NCBI GenBank assembly: GCA_977020255.1
Contig: CDROCS010003914.1
Location: 62,001 to 126,000 of the forward strand
DNA length: 64,000 bases
DNA from: Obrimoposthia wandeli
Taxonomy: Eukaryota
Direction: 5' to 3'
Shown here in pieces: positions 18,587-28,587 of this stretch. Positions within the stretch are counted from its first letter, which is position 1. Every line of letters starts with the position of its first letter. The notes beneath the pieces are model-generated. The model saw only the letters and a program-made list of their open reading frames with translations, did not search any database and was not told the origin of the DNA. The position numbers were made by a program, and so were the translations under genes.

Positions 18587-19867
18587 TTAGTCATCATCGT
18601 CATCAGCAGGTTGTGGCAACGCGAAAAGGCGTGACGATTTTATTTGATTGTCAGAAATCTGTAGCGTTTCAATATGATAATTTGCGACTTTGAGGCATAC
18701 ATTGGCTTCGGGAATTAACTCTAGGGTTTCAGTGATCAAGCCGTTAAGTGTTTTAGGGCCATTTGTAGGAAGGTTCCAGTTAAGAGATTTGTTGATATCT
18801 CTGATAAACACGGTACCTTCAATAATGTAACTTTCATCATCTTGCTGGTGGATTTCGTTATCTTGTTCGCGTTGTATGCTGGATAGCTCGCCAACGATTT
18901 CCTCTAAAATATCAGATAAAGTGGCTATACCTTGGATATCGCCGTACTCATCTACTACTAGCCCTAATCGGTGGTTTTCTTTTTGAAAGTTAAATAACTG
19001 CATTTGCAACGGTGTGCTTTCAGGTATGAAATAAGGTTCGCGTATTACTTGTACTAAAGTGGTTTTAGTTAAATTGTTTTGCTGGATAAGTTTGGTAAGG
19101 TTACGTAAGTGCAAGATGCCAATAACTTTGTTTATGTCGGTGTTGTAAACCGGTAGTAAAGTGTGTTCAGAAGTGGTGATGGTGTCGAGTATCTGCTCGA
19201 AATCTAAATCTAAATCGATTCCCAAAATTTCATTACGAGGAATCATTATGTCTTCGACGGTCACTTCGTTGAGTTCAAGTACACCCAGGAGCATAGACTG
19301 CTTACCTTTGGGTAAGGTCGCGCCAGATTCATTCACAATAGTACGTAGCTCTTCTGTGCTTAAATCTTGGCCCTGTTCGTTAATCGTTGAGATACCAAAT
19401 AAGCGCAAAATACCATTAGTGATTTGGTTGACTAAAAAAACCAATGGGTACATGATTTTAAGCAGTGGTCCTAACAAATATGCAGCAGGGAATGCTATTT
19501 TTTCTGGATGAAGTGCGGCAATGGTTTTGGGTGTGACTTCAGCAAAAATGAGGATGACAATCGTTAATATGGACGTGGCGATAGCAATACCCGCTTCGCC
19601 CCATAGCCTAACAGCAATAATTGTGGCGATTGAAGAAGCCAATATATTTACAAAGTTATTACCAATCAAGATGACGCCAATTAAGCGATCTGGGCGTAGT
19701 AATAATTTGTGAGCTTTCATCGCGGAAGGATGCTTTTGTTTGACTAAGTTTTTTAAGCGATAGCGATTGAGCGACATCATGCTCGTTTCAGAGCTAGAGA
19801 AAAAAGCAGAGCAGAAAATCAAGAAGCAGAGTACACCCAATAATAGGCTTATCGACGCGTCTTCCAA
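18587..19867 (-). CDS. CNNM/HlyC-CorC family membrane protein (DUF21-CBS-CorC; YfjD/CorB-like)
   Basis: SAFFSSSET, LIGNNFVNI, AEVTPKT, CBS pair (VDEYGD), CorC tail TLNGLI. Confidence 0.92.
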   Translation of the reverse strand: MEDASISLLLGVLCFLIFCSAFFSSSETSMMSLNRYRLKNLVKQKHPSAMKAHKLLLRPDRLIGVILIGNNFVNILASSIATIIAVRLWGEAGIAIATSILTIVILIFAEVTPKTIAALHPEKIAFPAAYLLGPLLKIMYPLVFLVNQITNGILRLFGISTINEQGQDLSTEELRTIVNESGATLPKGKQSMLLGVLELNEVTVEDIMIPRNEILGIDLDLDFEQILDTITTSEHTLLPVYNTDINKVIGILHLRNLTKLIQQNNLTKTTLVQVIREPYFIPESTPLQMQLFNFQKENHRLGLVVDEYGDIQGIATLSDILEEIVGELSSIQREQDNEIHQQDDESYIIEGTVFIRDINKSLNWNLPTNGPKTLNGLITETLELIPEANVCLKVANYHIETLQISDNQIKSSRLFALPQPADDDDD

Positions 19868-19980
19868 AGTGGTGAACCCTTAGTTGTTAAGTTGAGCGTA
19901 TTGTCTGATTAGCTACGCGTGCTGTCAATACAAAAAATAAGAAAGGGAATCTTAGTAGTTTTTTAACCAATAAAATACAA

Positions 19981-20787
19981 CTAACTCGTAGAGATGAAAA
20001 TTTCTAGGACCAGTTTTGAGCCAAAAAAGCCCAACATTAGCGATATAAAGCCGCCAATTGTCCAGTGAATTGCACGGGCGCCGCGCCAGCCCCAAAAATT
20101 ACGGCCAAATAGTAAAGTTGCAAATATTGACCATGAGACCAGGGATAAGAAGCTTTTATGCACTAAATGCTGAGCGATGATATTATCGACGAAGATAAAT
20201 CCTGTTATTAAAGCAGCTGATAACAGGATAAAGCCTGTCCAAAGCATTTCAAATAACAAGCGTTCCATTGTTTGTAAAGGAGGTAAAGAGTTAAGAAGTT
20301 TGCCGGAGATGTTATGTTTTAAAGCATGATTTTGTTTGTGCAGTAGTACTGCTTGAAAAGCAGCTAATGTAAAGACGCTATAGGATAAAATAGATAGTAG
20401 TATGTGGCTGATGACCCCGGTTGTGTAAGGTTTAGGTTCGGGATTAGCGAAAAAAGCATTAAGTAGAATTAACAATGCAGCCATGGGGAAAACAGCAATG
20501 AATAGGTTGTCAACCTTCTGGCGAAAGCTACTTATCAATAAAACGAGCGCGACTAACCAGCTAACTAATGAGCCACTGGTAAAAATACTTAGGTTGAGCC
20601 CTTGTTCCAAGTGTAAAGAAGCTTGCAGGATAAAGGTATGCATAACGATGGCGACAATAGCCAGTGTTTTACTGACACTTTTGTGCACGGTAAACGAAGT
20701 GCTCGTTTTATTTGTTAATTGTAAATACTGGATGGTTGCCGATGAACAATATAACAAGACTGTCATTACTACAAAAACCATTAACAT
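19981..20787 (-). CDS. ypjD: Cytochrome c assembly family inner-membrane protein YpjD
   Basis: LPPLQTMERLLF, HKSFLS, GWRG; divergent from ffh as in other Gammaproteobacteria. Confidence 0.88.
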   Translation of the reverse strand: MLMVFVVMTVLLYCSSATIQYLQLTNKTSTSFTVHKSVSKTLAIVAIVMHTFILQASLHLEQGLNLSIFTSGSLVSWLVALVLLISSFRQKVDNLFIAVFPMAALLILLNAFFANPEPKPYTTGVISHILLSILSYSVFTLAAFQAVLLHKQNHALKHNISGKLLNSLPPLQTMERLLFEMLWTGFILLSAALITGFIFVDNIIAQHLVHKSFLSLVSWSIFATLLFGRNFWGWRGARAIHWTIGGFISLMLGFFGSKLVLEIFISTS

Positions 20788-21225
20788 GCGTGTCTCCTTG
20801 TGGGGCCGTAGTTTGCCATAAATAAGTGATTGATTATAGATATATGGTGGTCCTTTTAAGGTAATTTACAATTTTTTTCAAAGTGGAAACAGTTAAATGA
20901 TAAGAAAGGTGGGCCGGCGGAATCTAGAGCAAAACAAATAAATGTTGCTATCAGCATTCGTCACCACTTCAATTCTTAATAATTCATTTCTATAGTTCTG
21001 ATTTAGTAAAGATTTTACGAGGTAATGAAGAGAAGCTGGGTGGAATGCTTGTATGGTAATAAATTGATTAAAAATTCATGCAAAGATGAAATGCTGTAGA
21101 AGAGTAGCGTTTACTTGAGTTACAATGCCTCCATTATAAATGTTAAAAAACATACAGGACATAACCTAAAGGCCTCGGGCTAAATAAACAGGTTTTGTTC
21201 ATAGTAAAAAATTTTTGAGGTAAAC

Positions 21226-22611
21226 ATGTTCGAGAATTTATCAGAACGCCTAACGGGAACTCTTAAAGCGGTAACGGGCCAGGCTAAATTAACTGAAGAT
21301 AATATTAAAGGTACTTTGCGTGAAGTGCGCATGGCGCTATTAGAAGCGGACGTAGCTTTACCTGTTGTTAAAGAATTTGTAAGCGGTGTAAAAGAGCGGG
21401 CAATAGGGCAGGAAGTTTCTGCTAGTTTAAAGCCTGGTCAGGTTTTCGTTAAAATAGTCAACGAAGAACTGATTCGCATCATGGGCGAATCAAGCTCAAG
21501 TTTAAATTTAGCGGCGACACCGCCAGCGGTTGTGTTAATGGCCGGTTTGCAAGGGGCGGGTAAAACCACGACGGTTGCAAAACTATCAAAAATTTTAAAA
21601 GAGCGTGAAAAGAAGAAAGTATTAGTTGTTTCTGCTGATGTATATCGCCCAGCGGCGATTAAACAGCTGCAGACATTGGCCGCGGAAGTGGGCGTTGACT
21701 TTTTTGCATCGAGCGAAGACCAGCGACCTCTAGATATTGTTAATAGTGCTCTGGAGCACGCTAAGCTACAGCATTTTGATGTTTTATTGGTGGATACCGC
21801 TGGTCGTTTAGCGGTTGATAGCGAAATGATGGCTGAAATAAAAGAGCTGCACACTGCTATTAACCCTGTTGAAACCTTATTTGTCGTTGATGCGATGACG
21901 GGGCAAGATGCAGCAAATACTGCGAAAGCTTTTGGTGAGGTACTGCCATTAACAGGTGTGATACTTACTAAAGCAGATGGTGATGCACGAGGTGGTGCAG
22001 CATTATCGGTCAGGCAAATAACAGGTAAGCCAATTAAGTTTATTGGCATGGGTGAGAAAATTGATGAGCTTGAGTCTTTTCATCCAGATCGTTTAGCTTC
22101 GCGCATATTAGGTATGGGCGATGTGCTTTCATTAATTGAGGAAGCCGAACGCAAGATAGATAAGAAAAAAGCAGAGAAATTTGCAGATAAAATGACTAAA
22201 GGTAAACGTTTTACCTTAGAGGATTTTAGAGAGCAAATTCAGCAAATGGACAATATGGGTGGCATGATGTCCATGATGGACAAAATGCCGGGCATGGGGC
22301 AGATGGTGCAGGCTGCACAAGCCACTCAAGCTGAAAAAGGTATGGGTAAGCTTGTCGTTATGATCAATTCAATGACCCAAAAAGAGCGTAGAAATCCTGA
22401 TATTATTAGTGGTTCGCGCAAAAAACGCATAGCGACAGGCTCGGGCACCCAGATTCAAGATGTAAACCGTTTGTTAAAGCAGCATAAGCAAATGGCTAAA
22501 ATGATGAAAAAAGTTTCTGGCAAGGGCGGTATGATGAAAATGATGCGTGGAATGAAAGGTATGATGCCTCCAGGAATGGGCGGCGGTGGCGGTTTCCCGC
22601 CTTCGCGCTAA
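21226..22611 (+). CDS. ffh: Signal recognition particle protein
   Basis: GLQGAGKTT, DTAGR, TKADGD, Met-rich M domain with SRKKRIA.GSG. Confidence 0.98.
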   Translation: MFENLSERLTGTLKAVTGQAKLTEDNIKGTLREVRMALLEADVALPVVKEFVSGVKERAIGQEVSASLKPGQVFVKIVNEELIRIMGESSSSLNLAATPPAVVLMAGLQGAGKTTTVAKLSKILKEREKKKVLVVSADVYRPAAIKQLQTLAAEVGVDFFASSEDQRPLDIVNSALEHAKLQHFDVLLVDTAGRLAVDSEMMAEIKELHTAINPVETLFVVDAMTGQDAANTAKAFGEVLPLTGVILTKADGDARGGAALSVRQITGKPIKFIGMGEKIDELESFHPDRLASRILGMGDVLSLIEEAERKIDKKKAEKFADKMTKGKRFTLEDFREQIQQMDNMGGMMSMMDKMPGMGQMVQAAQATQAEKGMGKLVVMINSMTQKERRNPDIISGSRKKRIATGSGTQIQDVNRLLKQHKQMAKMMKKVSGKGGMMKMMRGMKGMMPPGMGGGGGFPPSR

Positions 22612-22659
22612 TTTCTCATATACCGGCTAGTACCTGCTGGTAGTGTTGGCGAAAATATT

Positions 22660-22693
22660 TACTTATAACAGTTGTTTAACGCTGTTATAAGTA
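22660..22693 (+). terminator. Hairpin after ffh
   Basis: TACTTATAACAG-10 nt-CTGTTATAAGTA, 12-bp stem. Confidence 0.5.
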
Positions 22694-23011
22694 TCGCTGA
22701 TTATCCTAAATATTTTCCTTTGATAATAATTTATGTGTCACGTCTATTGCTTCCTCGCCTGCTACTGAATCCATGTAGTGCCTATCGATTTAAAGTGCTT
22801 TACTACTTGCTGAAGTTTACTCAGTATTTAATTGCTATTAAAACTTCACTTTTAACATGGAATCACGTAAAATCCGCCCTCGGAAAAATATTGTCTTCTT
22901 GTGTGAAGACACCGTTCTGGCTTAAATGTTTATTTGCAAAAATATGAATTTAGGTTGGGAAAATTAACGTTGGGTAATATTAACGCCCACGCAATATATA
23001 AAGGATCACTT

Positions 23012-23260
23012 ATGGTCACTATTCGTTTATCTCGTGGAGGCGCTAAAAAGCGTCCATTCTATCATATTGCTGTTGCTGACTCGCGTAATGCACGCGATGG
23101 TCGCTTTATTGAGCGTCTAGGTTTCTTTAACCCTATCGCCCAGGGCCAAGAAGAAAGCCTACGTATCAGCTTAGATCGTGTTGAATATTGGATGGGCAAA
23201 GGCGCTCAACCATCAGAGCGTGTTGCTCAACTGATCAAAGATGCGAAAAAAACAGCTTAA
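23012..23260 (+). CDS. rpsP: 30S ribosomal protein S16
   Basis: [17 protein letters not shown]...RDGRFIER; true ATG at 23012 behind SD AAGGA. Confidence 0.98.
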   Translation: MVTIRLSRGGAKKRPFYHIAVADSRNARDGRFIERLGFFNPIAQGQEESLRISLDRVEYWMGKGAQPSERVAQLIKDAKKTA

Positions 23261-23283
23261 TTGTCTGTCCTTGAAGGTTCTCA

Positions 23284-23817
23284 ATGAAAACTTATAAAAC
23301 AGAAGATCTGACAATTGTCGGTCAAATTACTTCGGTATACGGTATTAAAGGATGGCTGAAAATCTATTCTCACACTGAACCGATGGATGGCATTCTTGAC
23401 TATAAGCCTTGGTTGATCCAGCAAAATGGTCAATGGGTGCCTATTAATGTTGAAGTTTCTAGAAAACACGGCAAGGGCTTAGTTGCCAAGCTGGAGAAAG
23501 TAGATGATCGTGATGTTGCTCGTCAGTACTGTGGTGCTGATATAGCGGTTGAGCGTTCTATATTACCCGTATTAGAAGTAGGGGAATACTACTGGAGTCA
23601 GTTAGAGCAATTAACTGTTTATACTTTGGCTGGTGTAGAGCTAGGCAAAGTAAGCCATCTGATTGAAACAGGGTCGAATGATGTACTTGTCGTAAAAGGT
23701 GATGATAATAGCATCGATTTACGTGAACGCATGGTTCCCTATTTGCCAGATCAAGTGGTTAAAGAAATTAACTTAGAAGAAGGTACTATGCGGGTCGATT
23801 GGGACCCTGAGTTTTAG
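23284..23817 (+). CDS. rimM: Ribosome maturation factor RimM
   Basis: VYGIKGWLK, GEYYWSQL, ETGSNDV, VDWDPEF. Confidence 0.96.
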   Translation: MKTYKTEDLTIVGQITSVYGIKGWLKIYSHTEPMDGILDYKPWLIQQNGQWVPINVEVSRKHGKGLVAKLEKVDDRDVARQYCGADIAVERSILPVLEVGEYYWSQLEQLTVYTLAGVELGKVSHLIETGSNDVLVVKGDDNSIDLRERMVPYLPDQVVKEINLEEGTMRVDWDPEF

Positions 23818-23820
23818 ACT

Positions 23821-24570
23821 GTGTGGTTTGGTGTAGTTTCTTTGTTCCCAGAAATGTTTGAAGCAATAACTCGCTTTGGCGTCACTGGCAGAGCATTAAA
23901 GCGTGGCTTAATAGACGTCAACTGTTGGAATCCTCGTGATTTCACGCATGACAGGCATCGTACAGTGGATGATCGTCCATTTGGCGGAGGTCCTGGCATG
24001 TTGATGAAAGTGCAGCCATTAAAAGATGCAATACAAGTTGCTAGGCAATCGGCCCCAGGGGAAGCTAAAGTAATTTATCTTTCACCACAAGGTCGTAAGC
24101 TAGATCATAAATTAGTGATTGAACTCGGATCGTGCGAAAGTTTAATATTGGTTGCAGGGCGCTATGAAGGTATAGATGAGCGTCTGATAGAATCGGATAT
24201 TGATATGGAAGTTTCTCTTGGAGACTTCGTGTTAAGTGGTGGTGAACTACCTGCCATGACGCTTATTGATGCAGTTGCAAGGCTAGTACCTGGTGTTCTA
24301 GGTCATGCTGATTCTGCTATAGAAGACTCTTTTGTAGAGGGGCTTTTAGATTGTCCGCACTATACGCGACCAGACGTTTTCGACGATAAGCAAGTACCTG
24401 AAGTGCTGCTCAGTGGAGATCACGCAAAAATCAAGCGCTGGCGTTTGAAGCAACAATTGGGAAGAACCTATATTAGGCGACCTGATTTGTTAAAGGCGTT
24501 AGATCTTAATAAGCAAGAGCAGCAGTTATTAGAAGAATATATCTGTGAAACTGAAAAGTTGCACAGTTAA
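23821..24570 (+). CDS. trmD: tRNA (guanine37-N1) methyltransferase
   Basis: [35 protein letters not shown]; GTG start. Confidence 0.97.
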   Translation: MWFGVVSLFPEMFEAITRFGVTGRALKRGLIDVNCWNPRDFTHDRHRTVDDRPFGGGPGMLMKVQPLKDAIQVARQSAPGEAKVIYLSPQGRKLDHKLVIELGSCESLILVAGRYEGIDERLIESDIDMEVSLGDFVLSGGELPAMTLIDAVARLVPGVLGHADSAIEDSFVEGLLDCPHYTRPDVFDDKQVPEVLLSGDHAKIKRWRLKQQLGRTYIRRPDLLKALDLNKQEQQLLEEYICETEKLHS

Positions 24571-24585
24571 CATTAGGAGCTACGC

Positions 24586-24942
24586 ATGAGCGGTAAGAAC
24601 TCTATTATTCAGCAAGTAGAAGCTGAACAAATGTCAAAAGAAATCCCTACTTTTAACCCTGGGGATACAGTTATAGTTAAAGTACGTGTTGTTGAGGGAA
24701 CTCGCAGCCGTTTACAAGCCTATGAAGGTGTTGTGATTGGTGTTCGTAATCGCGGTTTAAACTCTGCATTTACAGTACGTAAAATCTCTCACGGTGTTGG
24801 TGTTGAGCGTACTTTCCAAACGTTTAGTAAGGTCGTTGAAGAGATCGAAGTTAAGCGTCGTGGTGATGTTCGTCAAGCTAAACTATACTACTTGCGTGAG
24901 CTAAGTGGTAAGTCTGCACGTATTAAAGAAAAATTAGGTTGA
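24586..24942 (+). CDS. rplS: 50S ribosomal protein L19
   Basis: [30 protein letters not shown]. Confidence 0.98.
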   Translation: MSGKNSIIQQVEAEQMSKEIPTFNPGDTVIVKVRVVEGTRSRLQAYEGVVIGVRNRGLNSAFTVRKISHGVGVERTFQTFSKVVEEIEVKRRGDVRQAKLYYLRELSGKSARIKEKLG

Positions 24943-24959
24943 TATTTTATTAACTCAGC

Positions 24960-24989
24960 AAAAAAGACGGTCTTGACCGTCTTTTTTTT
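24960..24989 (+). terminator. Intrinsic terminator of the rpsP-rplS operon
   Basis: AAAAAAGACGG-tcttga-CCGTCTTTTTTTT. Confidence 0.85.
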
Positions 24990-25188
24990 GGCCAGGGGTT
25001 ATTGAAATTAAATAACTTTTCGTTTTAAATGTTTTTGTGGCTGCAAGAGGAAATGTATTGTAGTTGTTATAATATTTGTATACAAATAGATAGATTTAAA
25101 AATTTGTTCACGAGCAAACTTAGATTTGACCGTTATTTTATGTAGATATGGCATCGTCAGGTTTTTATCAATCAATGGATGGATAGAG

Positions 25189-26490
25189 ATGTTTAGAAAG
25201 GTTGTGTGGTTTTTTTTGTTGGTGTTATTCCTGCTTGGTGCCCTTGCGGGCGGTTATTATTTCTATCAGTACAAAACCAAGCAACTCATCACAGAGTTGG
25301 TAGAGCAGTTTTCCCCGATTGCCGATATTGGGTTTGATCAAATTAATGTAGATTTAGAAGGTAAAGTTGAGTTGTTGGGAGTGAAAGTTTCTCCGCTTGG
25401 CTATAAAGATAATGTACATATCGATCAAATTGATATTGTGACTGATGACGTTTGGTCTCTACTTTCTGCTAATACTTGGTTTAAAAATAACCTCCCACAG
25501 AATTTGAATTTACAGCTATCTAGTATTATTTTTAATATTGATGCTGATTTTTTCCGAAGCGATGAGCTTTCAGCTAAGCAGGCGGTGACGCAGAAAACTA
25601 TCTGGGGATTGGCTTGCGCAGAAGAGGTAAGTTTTGTTTCATTGGCGAATAGCTTAGGTCTAACAAAAGTCCAAATAGATTCTCAAATCAAGTTACAAGC
25701 AATTAGCTCAAATAGAGAGCTTAGAGTAGCGGTTGCTGTAAGTGCGCCGGGCCTAGCAAAAAGTTTATTTGAGTTTCATTTGACGAGCAAAGTCCCTTTA
25801 AATTTTCACGATAGAATTGTTTTAAGCCAAACCGAAGTGGTAAATGGGCTGTTTAATATTAGCGATGTAGGTTTCAATATTAAGCGCTTGAAGTACTGTT
25901 CAAAAGAAGAAAATATTCCCGAGAGTAATTACCCTGACTATTTTAAAGCGGCTGTGCAGCTTAAAATGATTGGAGATGAAAAAACGGACCTTGTGGAACT
26001 AGAACAAAGTGTAATGACTTTTTTTGCGCCAAGATCGAATGTGTTAATGAGTTTAAAGCCAAAGGATTCATTATTTTTACCGGAAGTATTTGGGCAGCAT
26101 TTTGATTTCTTTAAATCAAAAGATTTAACGCTTAAAGTAAACAAAAAAGAAGTTTCAACTCGTTACTTGCCTTTATTAAAAGGCCACAGCATTGCAGTGC
26201 TTAAAGTTGATGATGACAAAGATGATGCTTTACTTGCCGATATTAAAGAGCAAGCCAAGAAAATAAAAAAATTAGATAATACACCGCGATATCGCAGTAT
26301 ACCTTTAGCTGAATTAGAGGGGCTGGTGGGCCAAGAAATTCGTCTAAAAACATTGTTAGGTAAAGAGCTTGATGGTGTATTGTTAAAATTTGAAGAGAAT
26401 AAGATTGTAATTCGCCGCCGAGTTGAGCAAGGTTTAGTTACTTATCCCATAATCAAAAAAAATGTCGATAGCGTTAAAGTTTTTCGTTAA
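25189..26490 (+). CDS. Hypothetical membrane-anchored protein
   Basis: N-terminal TM helix (VVWFFLLVLFLLGALAGGYYFY), beta-rich body, compact C-terminal ~60-aa barrel-like segment; ends 5 bp before xerD. Start could also be TTG at 25126. Confidence 0.75.
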   Translation: MFRKVVWFFLLVLFLLGALAGGYYFYQYKTKQLITELVEQFSPIADIGFDQINVDLEGKVELLGVKVSPLGYKDNVHIDQIDIVTDDVWSLLSANTWFKNNLPQNLNLQLSSIIFNIDADFFRSDELSAKQAVTQKTIWGLACAEEVSFVSLANSLGLTKVQIDSQIKLQAISSNRELRVAVAVSAPGLAKSLFEFHLTSKVPLNFHDRIVLSQTEVVNGLFNISDVGFNIKRLKYCSKEENIPESNYPDYFKAAVQLKMIGDEKTDLVELEQSVMTFFAPRSNVLMSLKPKDSLFLPEVFGQHFDFFKSKDLTLKVNKKEVSTRYLPLLKGHSIAVLKVDDDKDDALLADIKEQAKKIKKLDNTPRYRSIPLAELEGLVGQEIRLKTLLGKELDGVLLKFEENKIVIRRRVEQGLVTYPIIKKNVDSVKVFR

Positions 26491-26495
26491 CAAAA

Positions 26496-27413
26496 ATGGA
26501 CAAGCGGGTTAAAGCATTAAACGTTGAGTTAATGGATCAGCAGTTAATAATGCAGTTTGTAGAGTACCTTGCTCATTTTAAAAAAATCGCGCTTAACAGT
26601 AAGCTCGCTTATGAAAGAGATTTGCGCAGTTTTCAGCACTGGCTGAGCGATAGTCATTTGCATTTATTAGACGTTGATAATGCGATTGTTACTCAGTATC
26701 TATTGTGGCGTATGAGTGAAGGCTTTAAGCCTAGTACTAATGCTAGATCTGTCTCATGCTTGAAGAGCTTCTATAAATACCAATTATTGCAACGAAATAT
26801 AAAACAAGATCCTTGCTTTGGTTTGAAATTACCTAAGGTCGTGCCTCTTATTGGGCCTGTACTCACAAATAGTGAGGTAGAGCAATTACTTGCAGCGCCA
26901 GATATAGACACATCGTTAGGTGCGCGTGATAACGCAATGATATCGCTGCTGTATGCAACGGGGATCAAAGTGTCAGAGTTGATTGGTTTACGCGTTAGTG
27001 ATTTAGATTTAACTAATGCTTTGTTAACTATTAAGAAAAAAGCGGGCGCAGCAGATTTCCAGCAGCGTACAGTACCGATTACTAAGGAAACTTGTGGCTG
27101 TTTGCGGCACTATTTAAAAGATTCCAGGAAGGTTTTTTTACAAAAGACGGTTAGCGAGTGGCTATTTTTAAATCGCAGGGGACAGAATTTAACTAGGCAA
27201 GCTTTTTGGTATCGTATTCAGTATTACACTCAGCAGTTGTCACTTAAAAGTAATGTTTCTCCACAGCTGCTGCGTCGTGCCTTTGCAGTGCATTTATTGG
27301 AAAATGGAGTGGATTTAAAGCAGATGCAGAAAATGTTAGGACACAGTGCTCTATCTAGTACTCAAATATATTCGCAAATTAGTTCATATCGATTACAATC
27401 AGTTAGGAACTAA
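26496..27413 (+). CDS. xerD: XerD-like tyrosine recombinase with degenerate active site
   Basis: Syntenic (xerD-dsbC-hom-thrC) and aligns along XerD (AYERDL, LYATG, TRQAFW, LGH...TQIY). GLRVSEL is GIKVSEL and PHVLRH is PQLLRR. Confidence 0.8.
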   Translation: MDKRVKALNVELMDQQLIMQFVEYLAHFKKIALNSKLAYERDLRSFQHWLSDSHLHLLDVDNAIVTQYLLWRMSEGFKPSTNARSVSCLKSFYKYQLLQRNIKQDPCFGLKLPKVVPLIGPVLTNSEVEQLLAAPDIDTSLGARDNAMISLLYATGIKVSELIGLRVSDLDLTNALLTIKKKAGAADFQQRTVPITKETCGCLRHYLKDSRKVFLQKTVSEWLFLNRRGQNLTRQAFWYRIQYYTQQLSLKSNVSPQLLRRAFAVHLLENGVDLKQMQKMLGHSALSSTQIYSQISSYRLQSVRN

Positions 27414-27467
27414 TTACCTCCTCCCCTATCAAAATATTCTACTTAACATTCATGCTTTGGAACTCTT

Positions 27468-28238
27468 ATGCCTTATAAAAAATTTTTAATGACCGCTTCT
27501 TTAAAAGCTATTTTCGGTAATGCTGTTGCTGCGCTTTTATTATTAGGTGTCAGTAGCAGTGCTATGGCACAAACTACAGCACAATTGATACATGAAAGGC
27601 TAAATGCTAGTGGTGAAAACATACAAGTTGCATCTGTTATTGAAAGCCCGTGGAATGGAATGTACGAAGTTACATTGAAATCTGGAGCGGTGTTATTCTC
27701 TGATGAAAAAGCTGAGTATTTTGTGCTAGGGCAAATGCTGCAATTGAATGAAGGCGATCGCATTGTTAATTTATCAGAACAAAAATTTCAAAAGCAAGTC
27801 GCTTCTGAATTAGCGGCAGTACCGGGCGATCAGCAAATTATATATAAAGCTATCGGCAAGCAAAAAGCATCGGTAACAATATTTACGGATATTACTTGTT
27901 ATTACTGTCAAAAATTGCATAAAGCTATCCCTGAGTTACAGAAAAATGGCGTAACCGTGAAATATATGGCTTTTCCAAGAGCGGGGCTTAAATCAGAGGT
28001 CGCACAGCAAATGAGCGCTATTTGGTGCGCTAAAGATAGTACAAAAGCGTTAACAGATGCTAAACGTGGCAATAAAATAGATAGTGTAAAATGTGATGAC
28101 CCAGTGGCTGAACAATTTTTATTAGGACAGCAACTAGGCGTTAATGCAACGCCGACTTTATTTACAGAAGAAGGTGTTAAAATAGCTGGTTTTGCGTCAG
28201 CTGAAAGCTTGCTACAAGATTTAAATATTACTCAATAA
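27468..28238 (+). CDS. dsbC: Periplasmic disulfide isomerase DsbC
   Basis: Signal peptide, FTDITCYYC, MAFPRAG, cis-Pro loop NATP; follows xerD. Confidence 0.9.
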   Translation: MPYKKFLMTASLKAIFGNAVAALLLLGVSSSAMAQTTAQLIHERLNASGENIQVASVIESPWNGMYEVTLKSGAVLFSDEKAEYFVLGQMLQLNEGDRIVNLSEQKFQKQVASELAAVPGDQQIIYKAIGKQKASVTIFTDITCYYCQKLHKAIPELQKNGVTVKYMAFPRAGLKSEVAQQMSAIWCAKDSTKALTDAKRGNKIDSVKCDDPVAEQFLLGQQLGVNATPTLFTEEGVKIAGFASAESLLQDLNITQ

Positions 28239-28293
28239 TCGCTGGGCTGAAGTCAATTAAGCAAACAGTGTCGCCAATCTGCTATTTCTTTTC

Positions 28294-28327
28294 AAGCCGC
28301 ATATGATTTTCCATACGCGGCTTTTTT
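28294..28327 (+). terminator. Intrinsic terminator after dsbC
   Basis: AAGCCGCATATG-6 nt-CATACGCGGCTTTTTT. Confidence 0.75.
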
Positions 28328-28587
28328 GTGTTTAAGCGAAAACGTTGCACACAAAGGAGATGTTTTGTCTTGTAGAAACGACGGGTAAAAAAATTTCAAT
28401 GCGGCTTTAGTTTTTTAGGTCAAACTTAATTAACGAAAATGATGCAAAAAAAATCAAAAAACAGTGAAATACTTTGATTAATTAATAATCTGACAATAGT
28501 TTGTCGTGCTTATCTTAGCTATACTAGCGCTCCACTGCGGGTCATGTTGAGCTGTAGTTAAGTATGAATACACTGCGAGGAATTAGT

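Noticed and set aside
21025-21099. 24-codon ORF preceded by GAGGT upstream of ffh
   Set aside because: The SD is only 1 nt from the ATG, and there is no other support.
22672-23011. 91-aa ORF and TTG extension of rpsP
   Set aside because: Covers the ffh terminator and rpsP promoter region; S16 homology and SD point to ATG 23012.
26496-27413. Tyrosine recombinase as marker of a prophage, integron or genomic island
   Set aside because: It sits in the core xerD-dsbC-hom-thrC context, with no att repeats, attC sites or mobile cargo nearby.
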